Notes under the pieces: model-generated | What the model was told of the DNA's origin: nothing | Seen by the model: the letters and a program-made list of their open reading frames with translations, nothing else | Database searches by the model: none | NCBI GenBank assembly: GCA_044892525.1 | Contig: CM097885.1 | Coordinates: forward strand, 3,846,001-3,906,000 | Direction: 5' to 3' | Origin: Schmidtea polychroa | Lineage: Eukaryota | Length of the DNA stretch: 60,000 bases | Program-made: the position numbers and the translations under genes | Part shown: piece by piece, positions 38,196 through 52,220 of the stretch | Position numbering within the stretch: the first letter of the stretch is position 1 | How the letters are laid out: the number at the start of each line of letters is the position of its first letter

Positions 38196-38581
38196 AATAT
38201 AAACATTACAAGCTTTGTGATACCCAGTGCAAATCCCAATAGTAGACTAGTTTCGAGCTTTTGGTTCTCATCAGGATTATGCAGGAGACGCGAAGATTAT
38301 TCTTCGCGCCAGTTAACTATATAATATTGCTGATTCAACTCGATTGCATACTTTCCCTGGTACACTGGAAATCGCATCACTTGCAAATTAGCTAATTCAC
38401 ATAAGAAATATCTGCAAACTTGTAAAAATGGCGAATGAAAAATCATATTCACCTCTGGAGAACAAAATAGTTTAGACACAGAAACTTTTCACAAGTGCAT
38501 CCGTAAACCTTTAGCTAAGCTCAAACTTCTCTACTATTGGGATTTGCACTGGTTATCACAAAGCTTGTAATGTTTATATTA
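38196..38581. repeat. Foldback insertion with ~55-bp inverted arms upstream of the TRAF gene
   Basis: AATATAAACATTACAAGCTTTGTGATACCCAGTGCAAATCCCAATAGTAG and its near reverse complement; absent from the paralogous upstream region near 9020. Confidence 0.7.
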
Positions 38582-39804
38582 TTCAAATGTTAGACATCCA
38601 TTACACCATTAAAATTCAATATTTTTTCTTGAAATAATTTTTAACAAAATAACAAAAAATTTTCATTAAATTTTTAAAGAAAAATTGTTTAGGATTTGAA
38701 TATAATTTAACTGGGTAACGCTAAACGGGTTATTAATGTATTCAGGAATTGTGAGGTTTTGGCCATTGATCTAATGATCTCGTTATGGTTAGTAATGTTT
38801 GGAATGATCCACAATTAGATAAGAATGAATAAATGTTAATTGACTGATATGTCGAATGATGAAGTGAATATTAGCATTGATACTAACAAACAAGATGAGC
38901 CAAAATATACGATGGTATTGCCGTATTCGGAAGGATATAAAGATTTCAAAAGAAAGATATGTGAACAACTAGCTAGACAAAGATTTGTCTATAATAAAAA
39001 TAATTGTGAATCAAGTGAATTTGATTAATAATGGATAATTAAAATAAAAATACTGAAGAACAATCAACACAATAATGAATCCAATAGATAAATAACTGAA
39101 AAAAAACAAATGCAAACATTTTGCCTAAAATGATCAAATAAAATTTCCAAAAATCCCAAAGACTTTCTCTAGTCAAGTTTTTCACTTTGAAAAATTTTAA
39201 TTTTCGCAAGAGAAATTTTGTTGTCAACAAATATATTGGTGATGTCGTCCTCTATATTTTTGCCGAAATAATTTTTTGAAAATCTCAAAGCCCCACGCTA
39301 CGGCGAGATAAAGCTTAAAAGTTAACCTTAAAATCAATATTTGCAGTTTTTAATCAATAATTACACATTTAAATCAATACTTGAATTTCTTTTTAAAAAT
39401 CGTTTAAAATCAATAAATACACTTTAAAATCAATAAAAAATATTTTTAAATCAATAATCACTACTTGACCTTGAAAGGGCCCCATGTGGATATAAATTTC
39501 GGCAAATATAAAAGCATATCACACGTTTCCATGAAATCTCTATAAATTCCCATTATAAAAAGGAAATGGGTTGGGATAATTTCATATCATTTCATGCATC
39601 ATCACAAACATTCCGCATGATTGCCTATTCTAAATTCGATTTCTGTTCCAATCAAATTGTATTTATTAATTACAAATAGCTCTGAAATGCATTAAAATCT
39701 TCATTTAATTTTTATTTAAAGATTTAACCAAAAAAAATAATTAGATTGATTTTCCTTAAGGGCTGCCAAGCAATTTGTCTTTGGGTAGGCCATTAAATGC
39801 CAAT

Positions 39805-39812
39805 CAATAATG

Positions 39813-39873
<61 letters not shown>
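39805..39873. repeat. (AAT)n microsatellite
   Basis: Direct reading. Confidence 0.97.
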
Positions 39874-39874
<1 letters not shown>

Positions 39875-40589
39875 TAAATAAAAATAATTATAAAATAAAT
39901 AAATATTAATAAATATAATAAAATTAATTAATTTCTTTATTATTATAATAAAATGTTAAATGAACCCGCCAAATTCAGACCGAACCTAAAATGCCTTTCC
40001 CAAGAATTATGAGTTATCGTATCAGCTCAGATGTCGTTTTGGATTCTTTGATTTCCATTTACCGGGCAATTGAAAGGGCTGAATTCAACGCTAACAATCT
40101 AATTGAACTCCAGGAAGCCATTCGGCACTAAATGGGCATCAAATCGAGCAGTGAAATCATGAAACGATCTCAGAATGGCGACCAAATAACCGAAGAGATG
40201 CAAGCAGCGAATGAACACAACTAATTGAATGCGCTAACATCAGAGAAATATCCGAGGAATCCAATCGAATTGACAATTGCATTGAGACCGAGCATGGAAA
40301 GCATTCACAATTGGCAGTGCAATCAGCCAGGGGGAATCCTCAGGTACGTGATGAACCATTTATAGGAAATCCTCCACAAGCTGCAAATTATATGCCGCTT
40401 TGTCTCTCCGTGTCGGTTGTATTTGCTTGATATCCATCTCGCCGCACTTTGGGCGCTGTCGTGGCGCTCCTTTCATCAATGCTATTATACACCTTTGCAC
40501 ATTCGGCATGCGCGCTCTCTCTGTCGCGGTTTTCGTAATAGCTTATAACAGCATATTCCACATGATAATCGCTCCTGGATGCGCATTGG

Positions 40590-41000
40590 CGGTGCTCGAT
40601 TCATAATTTCTGATTAGTGCTGCTCATCCCTACAAATATATACATAGAGGTTTTGTTGTCATGGCTTTCCATTTGTCTATTTGCATTCCATACTTGAATT
40701 TCCCCTTTATTTCACGCACAGGAACAATCGGCCTCGTATCCGTTTCCTTGCCTCCTTATTAACCAGTCTGACCAATCTGCAATTGCCTCAGCTATCCCCG
40801 CTAATTCCTATCCTTGCATCTGCCTTAACTGCGCCGTAACCGTTCAATCTATAACTGCTACATTAATGATATATATAAATGCTGCCGTTGGCCCCCGATT
40901 ATTATTATTACGCAATCAAATCCTATATTTAACCTATCAGTTAGATGTAATAGTTTCTTGACCTTGCACAAGTGAAAATGCGCTTGTGCTGATATTGCAT
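40590..41000 (-). pseudogene. Possible retrotransposon gag relic
   Basis: Weak motifs only (LVQGQETI; a KPLC zinc-knuckle-like remnant); many stops. Confidence 0.3.
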
Positions 41001-41138
41001 TGCCCATTGCTGCTCCCACATTCCCACCGCTGTCCTGTTATCATTTACAAACACCTTTTATGGTTCCTCCTGCTATCAGCATTGCCATTATACCAATTAT
41101 TACATCATTATCCACGCTTCCTTGCTTTGCTTTCTGGC

Positions 41139-41286
41139 TGGTTTCTGTGTGATGCGTGGGGCAAATGATGAGCAATTGGATTGGCCGTTCAATCAATCGG
41201 TGGCAGTCGATGTGATCGATCCAGCAAATGGCAGCATTTATATGAGCAAGTCAATGAAATATTCAGATCGCCCTCGTCATGCCGGA
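41139..41286 (+). pseudogene. TRAF MATH-domain fragment
   Basis: GFCVMRGANDEQLDWPFNQSVAVDVIDPANGSIYMSKSMKYSDRPRHAG. Confidence 0.9.
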
Positions 41287-44093
41287 CGAGTTCAAATATA
41301 ATAAAATAAATTCATTGGGGGTCATTAATTATAAAAAACTAAAATTTATTAAAATTTAATTAACTAATGGAGAATCAGAGACACTGGTGTAGTAGAATTT
41401 TACATTTTTTAATTATAATTACGAACCAAAACAGAACCTCAATTAGGTTTTATTTTTACTTCTGTTTTGGCGTTCTCGACTTCCTGGAACTAAAATTATT
41501 AAAAAAACTATATAGCGATAATTTGCTATAGTAAAAATTGACAAAATAAAAAAATCGAATTAGAAATTTAGATAACTAAGAAAACAGAAAGTTATATAGA
41601 AGATTAATCTTAAGATACTCAAGAATAAAGTTCCGAAAAAGATAAAAAAGAAAATTATAAAACCTAAACAATTCGAGATTAAAGTTCTGAAAAATATTAA
41701 AAGGAATATTATCAAACATTAACAATTCAAGAATAAAATCCCGAAAAAGATAAAAAAAGAAAATTATAAAGACTTGTCCAATTTCTATGAGCCGAGGTTT
41801 CAGGTCGATTATTTTATATATATTATTTCTTTAATAAAAATTGTTATCGTTTACAACTGTTATTGTTAATTTTTTTATACATTTTATTTGGGGTGTCATA
41901 AGCACGCAGATACACACGCACCCCGATTGTCCCGCCACAAGTTTTAACGGAGACTCTTTCGAGCTCATCAAATTTCTTAAATAATCTATACAAATTAGAT
42001 ACAAGCTAAGAGTAAACTTTTAACATAACAACTGGAAAACCCGGGACAATGGAAAACCCGAGCTATGTGAGAGAACCTCAAAATCAAATTAAGGTAAGTC
42101 GTCAAAGGAGAAATTCTTCAAAGCGACAAGAGGATGCCCGGGGTAAAATTGGATCCGAACTAATTTTACACAGCGAAATCAAATTACGAGAGAGGTATAA
42201 AAGTGACCGGCGAGAAAACAGAATTGCCAATTGATGGAAGAAAATTAAACGAAAGATTTAGTGAGAGTAATAAAGAAAACTTTGAACTTAGTGTAAATTA
42301 TCGCTATGTAAAAATAAATAAATTTGTTGGTTACTTAGCCGGAAAAAGAAACTATTTATATGTTCAGATGGAATAACCCAAGTAATCTTCATGGTTTGTG
42401 AATCATCTCCCTTATGTGCGCCCGTAGTGATGTAACACGTTGGTACTGCGTACATAGGTCGGAATCTACAGGCAGGTGAGCTCCCATGGGAGAACTATTC
42501 CTGGTAAATTTCACAGTTCGGGTTCTAGAGTGCCGTTGAAGGTCTTACCTCGTCTGATTTACACAAACCGACATCCTGGTCCCAGGGACGTCTTTCTATG
42601 ATTAAACCTCTAGATTACATAACTCTCCATGAATTCCAAACACAAAATTAAAACAACGAAGTTGACCATATCAAATTCAACACTAATAAATTTTATTGCA
42701 CAACGTGAAAACACAAATGAATTCTACACCGAATGTCAAAGGACATGATACAATTTCACACTTCATTCGGGATACGGGTCATTTGAGCAGGTTAAAACAT
42801 TTCGCCCTCAGCTAACAGGGCGTCTATGTCAACCTGTAGCCTTGCTTCTTCTCGTAGATGCGATATCTCGGTGGAAACTATCCGGAAATATCGATCTTGG
42901 GAACTTTCTCTTTAGAAGATTGAGCAGTGAACAGGGTCACTTCTAGAGCAGCAATAGTATGTCGTCGCTTTTGATTCTTCTCGGCCCGACATGGCCGTTT
43001 CCGTTTCTTCGCAGATGAGGCGAGATACTTATTATCAGGAAGAGGTATCGACGCTGTAGTGATTTCTGTGGTTTCCGTAGATACACGATTGGGTTTAGAT
43101 GATCCGGAGAGAACGTGATCCATCAGAGGTAGGAAATGGCATCCTTGCTCAACACAACTGGTCCTTGGCAACTGTAGTTGATTCTCTTGTTGGTGCAACG
43201 GAAACATGTTTTTCCCGTCTTTTATCGGGTATTTCCGAACTATCCCTACAGTGCACCAGCCGTAATACCTTGGCCTTCTGCTCTTATTGATGAATTTTAC
43301 CTTTGTATTGAATTTAAATCATCAGTTTATTAATGATTAAGTACTATAAGTTTGGGAAAATATGATTTGGTTAGAGTCGATGAAAGATTTTTATTGCTTA
43401 ACTTTAGGAACTATGAGACTTCAGATGAGAATGATTAAGAATAATACTTTTCCGACAGATGATTTATTAAAAGGACTTAATTGGATATTAGTTATTCGAG
43501 AAAATTTTATTTTGTTTATCATATTCTTGTCATATCGGGTGTTCGGTCCTAGCTGTAGATCGGCTATGGGGATAAACAATCTCTTTATATTCGTTATTTA
43601 TTGACCTAAAGCTTTCCTCGGTTTCCGGGGTGAATTTACATTAATTCAATTTATTATCAACACCCATATCGAGTCAAGTAGATCTGATAAACAACTTTGT
43701 CTATTTGATTAAATCCATTTCTCGGGCCTTTGCAATTCTTTATGCCGTCTATTATTGCATTTACGTTAAATCTCCTAACATTAAGCGGATGCTTATTATA
43801 TGCCCATCAATGGCCTTAATCAATGGCCAACAAATGCCGCATGTTGGTCGTGATGATAAAAATTCATCGAAAATCGAGATACGCCCATGGATGTTGATGC
43901 TAATTGAAATATGTATTTCTATACGGAATATCCTATAGCTGATTTCTGCAAATTCAGATGGACAATTATGATCATGGACTCGTCTCGACTTCTAAATTAT
44001 AGCCGATCTTTGAGTTAAAGAAACTCTGTAAGAAGAATTCTCAATGAACGTGTGAGGGAACTAATCTAAATTGTCGTTTTGACGATATTTTCT
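41287..44093 (-). repeat. Inverted segmental duplicate of about 29960-35303 with internal deletions; includes a family B 3' part at 42325-43280
   Basis: Matching ORF-track pairs on opposite strands (35026/42049, 33858/42878, 30445/43362, 30159/43705); junction near 43285 joins about 33652 to 30760. Confidence 0.85.
41388..42030 (+). mobile_element. Solo LTR (family C), 643 bp, 5-bp TSD ACTGG
   Basis: ACTGG|TGTAGT...CATAACA|ACTGG; the empty site is present in the paralogous segment near 35205. Confidence 0.9.
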
Positions 44094-44437
44094 CTATTGG
44101 TTACTTAATTGGTTATTTACCCACTATTATACTGTGAGCTTACCGTGCCAATATTACCGTGTCCCTTGTATGTATTACACAATTATCGGGTAGCTGATGG
44201 TGACGTAATCATACACATTGTTATGTAACCGCTGGGATTTACATAAACCATGTGATCATCATATGTAAACATCTAGTTTGGTTTGACAGTTTTAATGAAC
44301 TCTTGTCGGGATGTTAACTTTATGCTCAAACTTTGCTATTTCTGTGATAGACAGCCATCAAATATTTATTTGTCTCCTTCAGTTCGACTTGGCGATGACA
44401 AAAGAAACCAAGATCCATATAGAATACACCAGATGTA

Positions 44438-45196
44438 ATGACCCACCTTAATCAACCTTTCTCATCTGCAATCATCTTATCCTTCATAAATACCTTAACT
44501 ACACAACTAAACACAAACAAAATTGATACTCAATTTGCCCTAAATGAATTGGAAAGGATAAATGGAAACATTAATCCACAAAGATATAATTTCCCTAAAA
44601 TGCCTGATGTAATTCATAAAAAATTAAAATCTGACTGTGAACTTTTATCTGTTAAAAGATTTAAATTTAAAATTAAACCTAAGGAGGAGATTTTGAAACT
44701 ATTAAGGGATCACTTGGCTATGCAAAGACCGACCGTGGATATTTCAGACGCCTTCGGGTCCATCAAACATTACCTCATATGGCACAATTTAACAGAAATG
44801 GGTCTTATCGACAAAACCGTAAATCTAATTAAAGATATGTATAATGGTGTAAAAACCTTCTTTGAATGTGAAGGAGAAAAATCATCTTCAGTACCTTTTA
44901 TAAAGGGGGTTAAACAAGGTTGCTCAATATCTATGACTTATTTTTGGTTAGCAATTGATTTTATACTAAATAAATCCTAGTAGATCATCCTTTTCTTTTC
45001 CATGGACATAATATCAGCATATTAGCTAATGCAGGCGATATTATACCAACATCTCTCTCTTAAATATCAATTAGAAAGCACTGACAGAAACAGTTAACCT
45101 TGCACAAAAGTAAATTTTAATTTAAACCATCAAAATCAGGATATTTCTCCCTCAATAAAAACGAATGCCCTACGGAACTATACAATGAAAAACTAC
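44438..45196 (+). pseudogene. Non-LTR retrotransposon RT relic, interrupted by a family B element
   Basis: DISDAFGSIKH...LIKDMY...GVKQGCSIS...AIDFIL, and a decayed YADD-like segment (LANAGD). Confidence 0.8.
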
Positions 45197-48100
45197 TGTT
45201 GGGCTGAATTGAAATAAAAAATAAGAAAATAGCATTAAGACAAACATGATAAACAAATGAGTAAAAATAAACAAAAAATTAAAAATAAAATAAGACACAT
45301 AATAAAGAAGAAATAATAAATTAGGCAATGAAAACTAAAACAAAAAATTAAAATTAAAAATTAAGATAAGAAAACAGCAATAATAAGGAAAATAACACAA
45401 AAATCAAGTAGTTAATAAGAAAATTAAGAAAATAAATAAAAAATATAATAAAAATAAAGAAAAAATAAGAAAATTAGCAAAGAAACATAAAAATTAAATT
45501 AAAATAAATAATTAAGCGGCACTCAATTTTGATTGGTCCGCACATACGCAAAAATTAGTATATAAGGTAAGCACTGAAACAAAAATTTCATTGTTAACAA
45601 ATTAACCATTTAGGTAAGAAGACTTTTAATTACATGCAGTGTTAACAAATTAACCATTTAGCGTTCAACAGTTATATAGATCAATCATCAGGACAACCTA
45701 GGAGAAATTGAAAACAAAACCATCGATTCAGCCCACAAATCAGTCGAGTTATTACTTCAACAAAACTTTAGAATTAAATCTTACCTATTTCGAACGGATA
45801 CTTTGGAAAATTTTAGTTTTGCATTAATATGTAATCTGATTAAGTAATTTATTATTTGTAATATCTGAATGTAAAATTAAAGGACTTTTAAAGAACACTT
45901 CTCTTTTCACTCGATATCATTAAATAATTAATTTTATGGTATAATTAGTAGCAACTATTATTTTTTTTTTGCGAGTTTTATATGTTTTATGTTTTATTTT
46001 TTTATGATTTATTAAAAATTCAATGAGTAACGTGGAGCTGAAATGTTTCTTACCATGGTGTGAGGGGCCTTCGGGTGCTCAGCAGGTGGGTACGGAGCAT
46101 TTCAGTCACGCAGCTGACTCAGGCCGAAATGTGGGGGCTTCCTCACAGGTCCATCGCTGAAGATGTGCCTAATCTAGTGGGAAATGCTAGGGTGAAGATA
46201 AAATTTATGCAGAGTATTGGAAGAGAATTCGTATTATAAAAATTTAGATGGCAGGGAGTGTCAGGAGCAGGTCTACACAGTGATTGAGGGTGTCGCACAT
46301 TTGGCATAGTTAGCAATTTCTTTACATTCGGAAAATTCGCACAAAATTCGTCACTTCACCTTAATCATCCCATCACACAAGTAAAAGTATAAGAGCTCAG
46401 CTATGATAAATCCTATTTTAGACCCACTCATTACTCCGAAAAATAAATCTCGTCGAGACGATATTTGAATTAAGATATTCTCAGAAGCGAAAACACCTTG
46501 TGAATCTCATCAATTTTTCTATCACTCACACTAGTATCACCTCTCGAACACCAAATCTATTTCCAATTTTTTCCCTTTTAATTATCTGTTCCTCAAAACG
46601 CCATAAAATCTGTCTCACCATCTCCATTCGTCTCGTATAATCTAAATCAGTATAGGTCCATTTGTCATCATCTCCTTACCCTATAGGTATTTGAAAAATA
46701 AACGCGAAAAACAATTAAATACATTTTATTTTGCACAACAAAACGAAAAATTGAGGTTTACTTTCGAAAATGATCCATCGCCGTGCCTGTTTGCAATGCT
46801 GAGCATATCGTAAGCCCGATCTGATCTGCGAATAGCCAGCATGAGACTCCACGAGGAATGAATTTCCTTCTAAATAATTCCAATCAAACTCGACGCACGC
46901 ACGGAGAACAGTAGGCTGCTAAAATTCATCGAACCATCTTCTAATAACCCTAGAACAGTTGCAAACTCACGATAGACACCGTTAATTTCCACGATTTGAT
47001 GATAATTAAGCATTCCGCTACGAAAATTGCAAAATTAGCCGATGAGAAAATACTCCATAAGCAACGCATGTAGAATGAGTAAAAGTACATGTGGCATGAC
47101 AAAAGTTTGATAAAAATACACCACTTAGTCTACCGGATGAGATAATACCACTTATGCCGTCTGAGGAATTTTGAATAACATAAGAGATCCGTGAGAGTTC
47201 ACACACGGAAATGACGAGATAAGTGCATTCACAGATTTTCCGCGTATACATAAATCCAAACATCGAGATAATATCATCCAGCAGTATTCTGAAAAAAACT
47301 ACATCGTTATCAACTGACTAGCCAAATGTTAGTTTTCCATCCAATGTGAATTTTTCTTGAATACCACCTGCACGTCACCAAATGACATAATCTACATTAA
47401 GAGCATGTATAACCAACAGCTGTACGTCATTGCGGGTACACGAATTGTTATCTGAATTAACGTATCGACTAAAATCCGTCCGAGACATAAATAATTTAAG
47501 TACCTCGATAAGAATAACCAATTTAACATTTTTTTTGGATTAAAATTGAGGTTTCTGTTATCTAATGACCCGAAGTGAAAATAAATAAGGATTAATTTGA
47601 TTTTTATTCTACGCATCTTATTCTGTTATTTAATCAATTTTAATATGTATCCATTCCCACTCGGATGGCCATGAGAATATTTCCCACAAACATTCGGGCG
47701 TATTTATCAATTTTCTCGTAAAGAATTTCGACGACTATGGGGGTGATGCCATGGGGTTTTGCCTTTTAAATTTCTTTTATAGAACTATGCTAGTGCAGTA
47801 ATGATCGATCGTATTGGAGGTGAGTTTTCTCTTGTCGGTATAAGACCGCAAATGTTTATTTTTATGTACCATTGGTCTACGGATGAAGTGAATTATTGAT
47901 AATTACTCTAAATTTTCTTTCCTTTTATAGCCTACGATTATGAATCCAGTCGCCAAAAATGTTCTCAAACCTTGTTACTCGTGCGCAGATAAGAACGTAA
48001 CCATCAAGGAACTGCAGGCACAAATCGGCTACTCAAACGCAAGATTGATGAATTGGAAGGCACATGGTTTAGCCCAGTGCAAATGAAGGAAGTGAGAAAG

Positions 48101-49332
48101 AAATTGTATAGAAGCGAACACTGCCAAGATAGCCTGATCGCAGAAAATAGATCTCAGTGTATGCTCATTAAGGAACAATCTAAAGCCCTTCATAAGGTTT
48201 ACTTACAAGCTGCAACAACGCGAAAGATCGTAAGCATTCCGATCAACGAAGAGGACAATGTGTTCCCCACGCATCACGATCAGCCTCTCGACAGGTCGGC
48301 ACATCGAAGAAATCATGCCAAGGGTGTGTGGAGACGGAGCTCTCGTCCAAATCTAATGACGTAATCATCACAGCACCCCCTACTGTCAGTCCTTCTTCCA
48401 AGCCCAAACGGCGGCAACTATCTCGGGCCGAACGAAAGCGAAACCAGAGGGAGAGAGGTGCAGAAAGAGAAAAGAAGCAAGTATCAGCTAATGCATCAAC
48501 AGAAGGTAGTGTTGCTCCTATAACTAGTATAAACACTGGAATCCCAGGGCGCATTATCTCCGCAGCTGGCGTCACATGGAAGGAGAATGCATCCGAATTT
48601 TTCAACCTAGAAGAGCTATTAGCAGAAACTGAATGGGAGAAGTGACCCAGTTTTGCGAGCAAACCGAAGTTCCAGTCGTAACTCTTGTGATTTTCAATGT
48701 GATGCTCTGTGTCTTCTTGTATTGTCTGTGTTTTTCTCTTGTACATCGATAATTTAATAAATCAGTTTTGTTTAAGTCATTGCGTTTTGCTTTATGTATC
48801 GGTAAACTTTACTTTTCCTTTTCTCTACGAGATAATTTGGTTGGCTGACACCTTTGAATAGTGTATGATTTGCAACAAACTCAGAAAACGATGGAATGTC
48901 GAGTGCAGAGGTAGAGTAGGAAGACGTAAGACCTTCTATCGGCAGTCAGGAAAAGGGAAGTCGAGGCCTCGGAAAAGAGTAGTCCTAAGGCAGGGGCTCA
49001 ACTGTTTTCTGGTGTCTCGCCGGCATAATACAGGACCAACATGAAGCAATTCATGGGTATTATGTTGGAATGCAGATCGTGTGGAGTTCTACTCAAGGTT
49101 GACAGAAATATGAACTATGTTAATGTAATGGGCTATCATCCTCTAGACGGGACTTAAAAGGCGTATGAGTCAACCGAGTAGCACCTCAGCACTACCTATT
49201 ATAAACGACTCGAATATTTATATATATTTAGGAGTCGATTTATCTTATAAACATAGACATAATATAGACGGAAGCCTAGAACAAGCACTCATAGACAATA
49301 TAAACGCCTTCTAATTACACCTACACCCAGCA
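45197..49332 (+). mobile_element. Family B element, divergent, near full length (right end tentative at CCCAGCA)
   Basis: TGTTGGGCTGA start, promoter, RNA motif 1, ORF 47940-48645 and module 2. LINE-like sequence seems to resume after 49332. Confidence 0.7.
47940..48645 (+). pseudogene. Family B ORF (two frameshifts)
   Basis: MNPVAKNVLKPCYSCADKN / LKRKIDELEGTWFSPVQMKE...DNVFPTHH / KPKRRQLSRAERKRNQRER...FFNLEELLAETEW; acceptor CCTTTTATAG at 47930. Confidence 0.75.
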
Positions 49333-49817
49333 CAGGAAATCTCAGACAATAAAATCTTTATACACTCACGTCTAATGTTCACCTTGCGCAATTGTGAAAT
49401 AAATCACATGATACTCGATTCAAAGAGAAAGGAAGGAGTAATGGGTAATAATATTTTAGCAAATCCGACACGAGACCTTTAAGAGATCCAAATTTCATAA
49501 AGATGCAAAGCAAAAATTAAATAAAGTAATTCATTTAATGATTAAAAGAATGCGTAACAGAATTTGATAGAGTTTAGAAAGCACCGAGTTCACTCATCGC
49601 ATCGACAGCTCTCATTTTGGTAAACTTACCCAAACTGATGTGAAAGCAATTTGGAACATTTTATCAGTATTGTTGTTGCGGATTGCGTTGAAATGCCTCA
49701 CAAATAGCTGGCGGAGGTGAAATGTTAAGGCATTATTCAATTTGATATAAGGCAATTTTGGTATTGCATTTAGGTGCATTTTACTGCCATTCAATACATC
49801 AATAATTTCTCCACAAC

Positions 49818-49915
49818 TAGGGATTGCAAAAACAAACAAGAAAAAAGAATACCGGTATTTCAGTATTGACATTTATTGGTACCTGGGTCCCGGTATCAAT
49901 ACCGGTATTCCAAAT
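49818..49915. mobile_element. hAT-like MITE end
   Basis: TAGGGATTGCA start with repeated AATACCGGTATT palindromes, interrupting the TRAF 3' flank. Confidence 0.5.
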
Positions 49916-49974
49916 AATAATAATTTTTTATGTAATTATGTAATGTAACGATTGCCACTATTTCTGTGCGATAA

Positions 49975-50223
49975 TGCACTAGAAGAGCGGAAATTCGACT
50001 TAAATAAATGGGAAGCAATCCAATGTTTTTTGAAATCAACATTTGAGGCCAGCAAACAATCAATCAAGCGCTAAGCAAACTGGCAGCAAGGAAGCAGAGA
50101 CCAAATGAATCATTGACGATATTTGCAAGTGAATTAAGGAGATTAGCAAAGAAAGCTATGAACGGAAAATTACAGGAGGAAAATTTAATCGGGTATTTAG
50201 TTGAAGGATTGCGAAGGGAAAAA
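49975..50223 (+). pseudogene. Ty3/gypsy gag fragment
   Basis: LAARKQRPNESLTIFASELRRLAKKA...LIGYLVEGLR. Confidence 0.75.
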
Positions 50224-51036
50224 ATCACCTCAATTTGCTCTCTGATCTGATTGCATCAATAACAAATCAATAATAAATCAAATCAATAATCAAACTTGAT
50301 TGATTGATCCAATATTTGTTTCCATCTCCATTCTCAATGAGTGATTCTCATTCTTCACTGTCGCCATTTCCTCATTCAATTCTTCTATTTCTGCTCTGTT
50401 CTCCGCCTCTTTCCTTTCAATATTGCTCAATTTCACCTACAATCACAAATATTAATAAATTAATTGCAAATAAAATTTTACATTGATATTGATAATTTCC
50501 TCACGCAATTTGACATTCTTCTCTCTCATTTCCCGCATCTCATTGCACAAATTGCTGATCTGATCAATCAGTAATTTACTATGACTTTCATTGTTCTCAT
50601 TGAGATGGAATCTCATTTCGTCCTTCTCTACTTCGTTCATTTCGCATCCAATTCTATTGAACGGGCATTTTATTGGCTGCTTGTTACATGTTTTCATGTG
50701 GCTCTCCATCACCTCTAATTCATCTTTGAATTGACAATTTTGCATAGGGCATTTCACTATCACTCCTGAAATTCGACTGTTAGCATTATTGTCTACTACA
50801 ATATCATTTGCAAAATTTATCATTTTCTTTCCGCAATGTTTTGCTGCTCCTGGACAGAATTTATCTTTTCCATCCAAATATTGCTCAATGCAATCAGAAC
50901 AAAAGCGACAACCGCAAGGAGCATTGCAAGCATTTATCATTAAACATTTGCAAATTCTGCATATCAATTCACTGCTGATTTCATTATCAAATTCAAATTT
51001 ATTCCTCTTCATCATTTCCCATACGCTTGCAAACAT
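50224..51036 (-). pseudogene. TRAF-like gene truncated in exon 3; MATH exon replaced by TE fragments
   Basis: RING/Zn-finger exon and coiled-coil exon intact; homology breaks at about 50224; the 3' flank resumes at 49817. Confidence 0.85.
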
Positions 51037-52220
51037 TTTATCTAAAATTAACAAAATTATCAAAATATTTCAACATTTTACAACATAAATCATACTTATT
51101 ATATTGATTATTTCCTCTGACGTTTACAATTTCAATATTTATAATTTATATTTTGATGTAGATAAACAAACATTTTATAAATATCGTATTTTAGCTTTGA
51201 GCGCAATTCGGAAAATTATTAATGTTAATTTTCAGCATTTTTCTCATTTGTTTTAAATATTACAAAATTATTTAAATTATAATTTGATAACAAAAAGTAA
51301 ATTTTAATGGAAAGTTAAATAAATCCAAATTAAAAATAAATCAAAATATAAAAATAAATATTTTTTATATAATAAAATAAACAAAGTAATTATTCAAAGA
51401 AATTTATCGGTAATTAGAATTTATTTGAACAGATTAAAAAGAAATTCAAAATCATCATAGCAAAAATAGAAATATAAATAAAATCAATATAAACAACAAG
51501 CTTTGCGATACCCAGTGCAAATCCCAATAGTAGACGAGTTTCGAGCTTTTGGCTCGAAATATTATTAAATTATAATTTGATAACAAAAAGTAAAATTTTA
51601 ATGGAAAGTTAAATAAATCCAAATTAAAAATAGATCAAAATATAATAGAAATAACTTTATTTATCTATCCTCATCACTTATAGTCGCCGATTCTCGATTT
51701 TCCACTAATTATTATCACTTATATCCTCCCCATAAATATTTTTTAAATTGCATTAAATATATTTTATTAATGTGATCATTTTTATGAATTTTTATGAAAT
51801 TTATGAATTTATGAAATGATTTTAAATAAATACAATTAATATATATCCATGCCACTTCTCAGTATATTTTCATTGACCTTCCATAATCCAATAATGAATA
51901 ATTCTAACACTTATTTTAACCTTTTTGAATTTCATTAATCATTTATCACAGAATAATAAATAATTTCCTCACTTTAATGAAGATTCCTACCACCTGAGAA
52001 TAATATTGTTAATTTTATCTCTGTGTTATTAAAATTATCTTTCGACTTTACACTTCTTTCCATTTTAGAATAAGATTTTTTATCAAAACCTTTGATAATT
52101 TGACTGATTCAATTTGATGGAATTATTGTTAATTTTATTTTGCATTTTTCTAATTATGAAATATATAAAATTGCCAAGAATAGAGCATATACACGATATA
52201 AAAATTATTTATATGATTAG

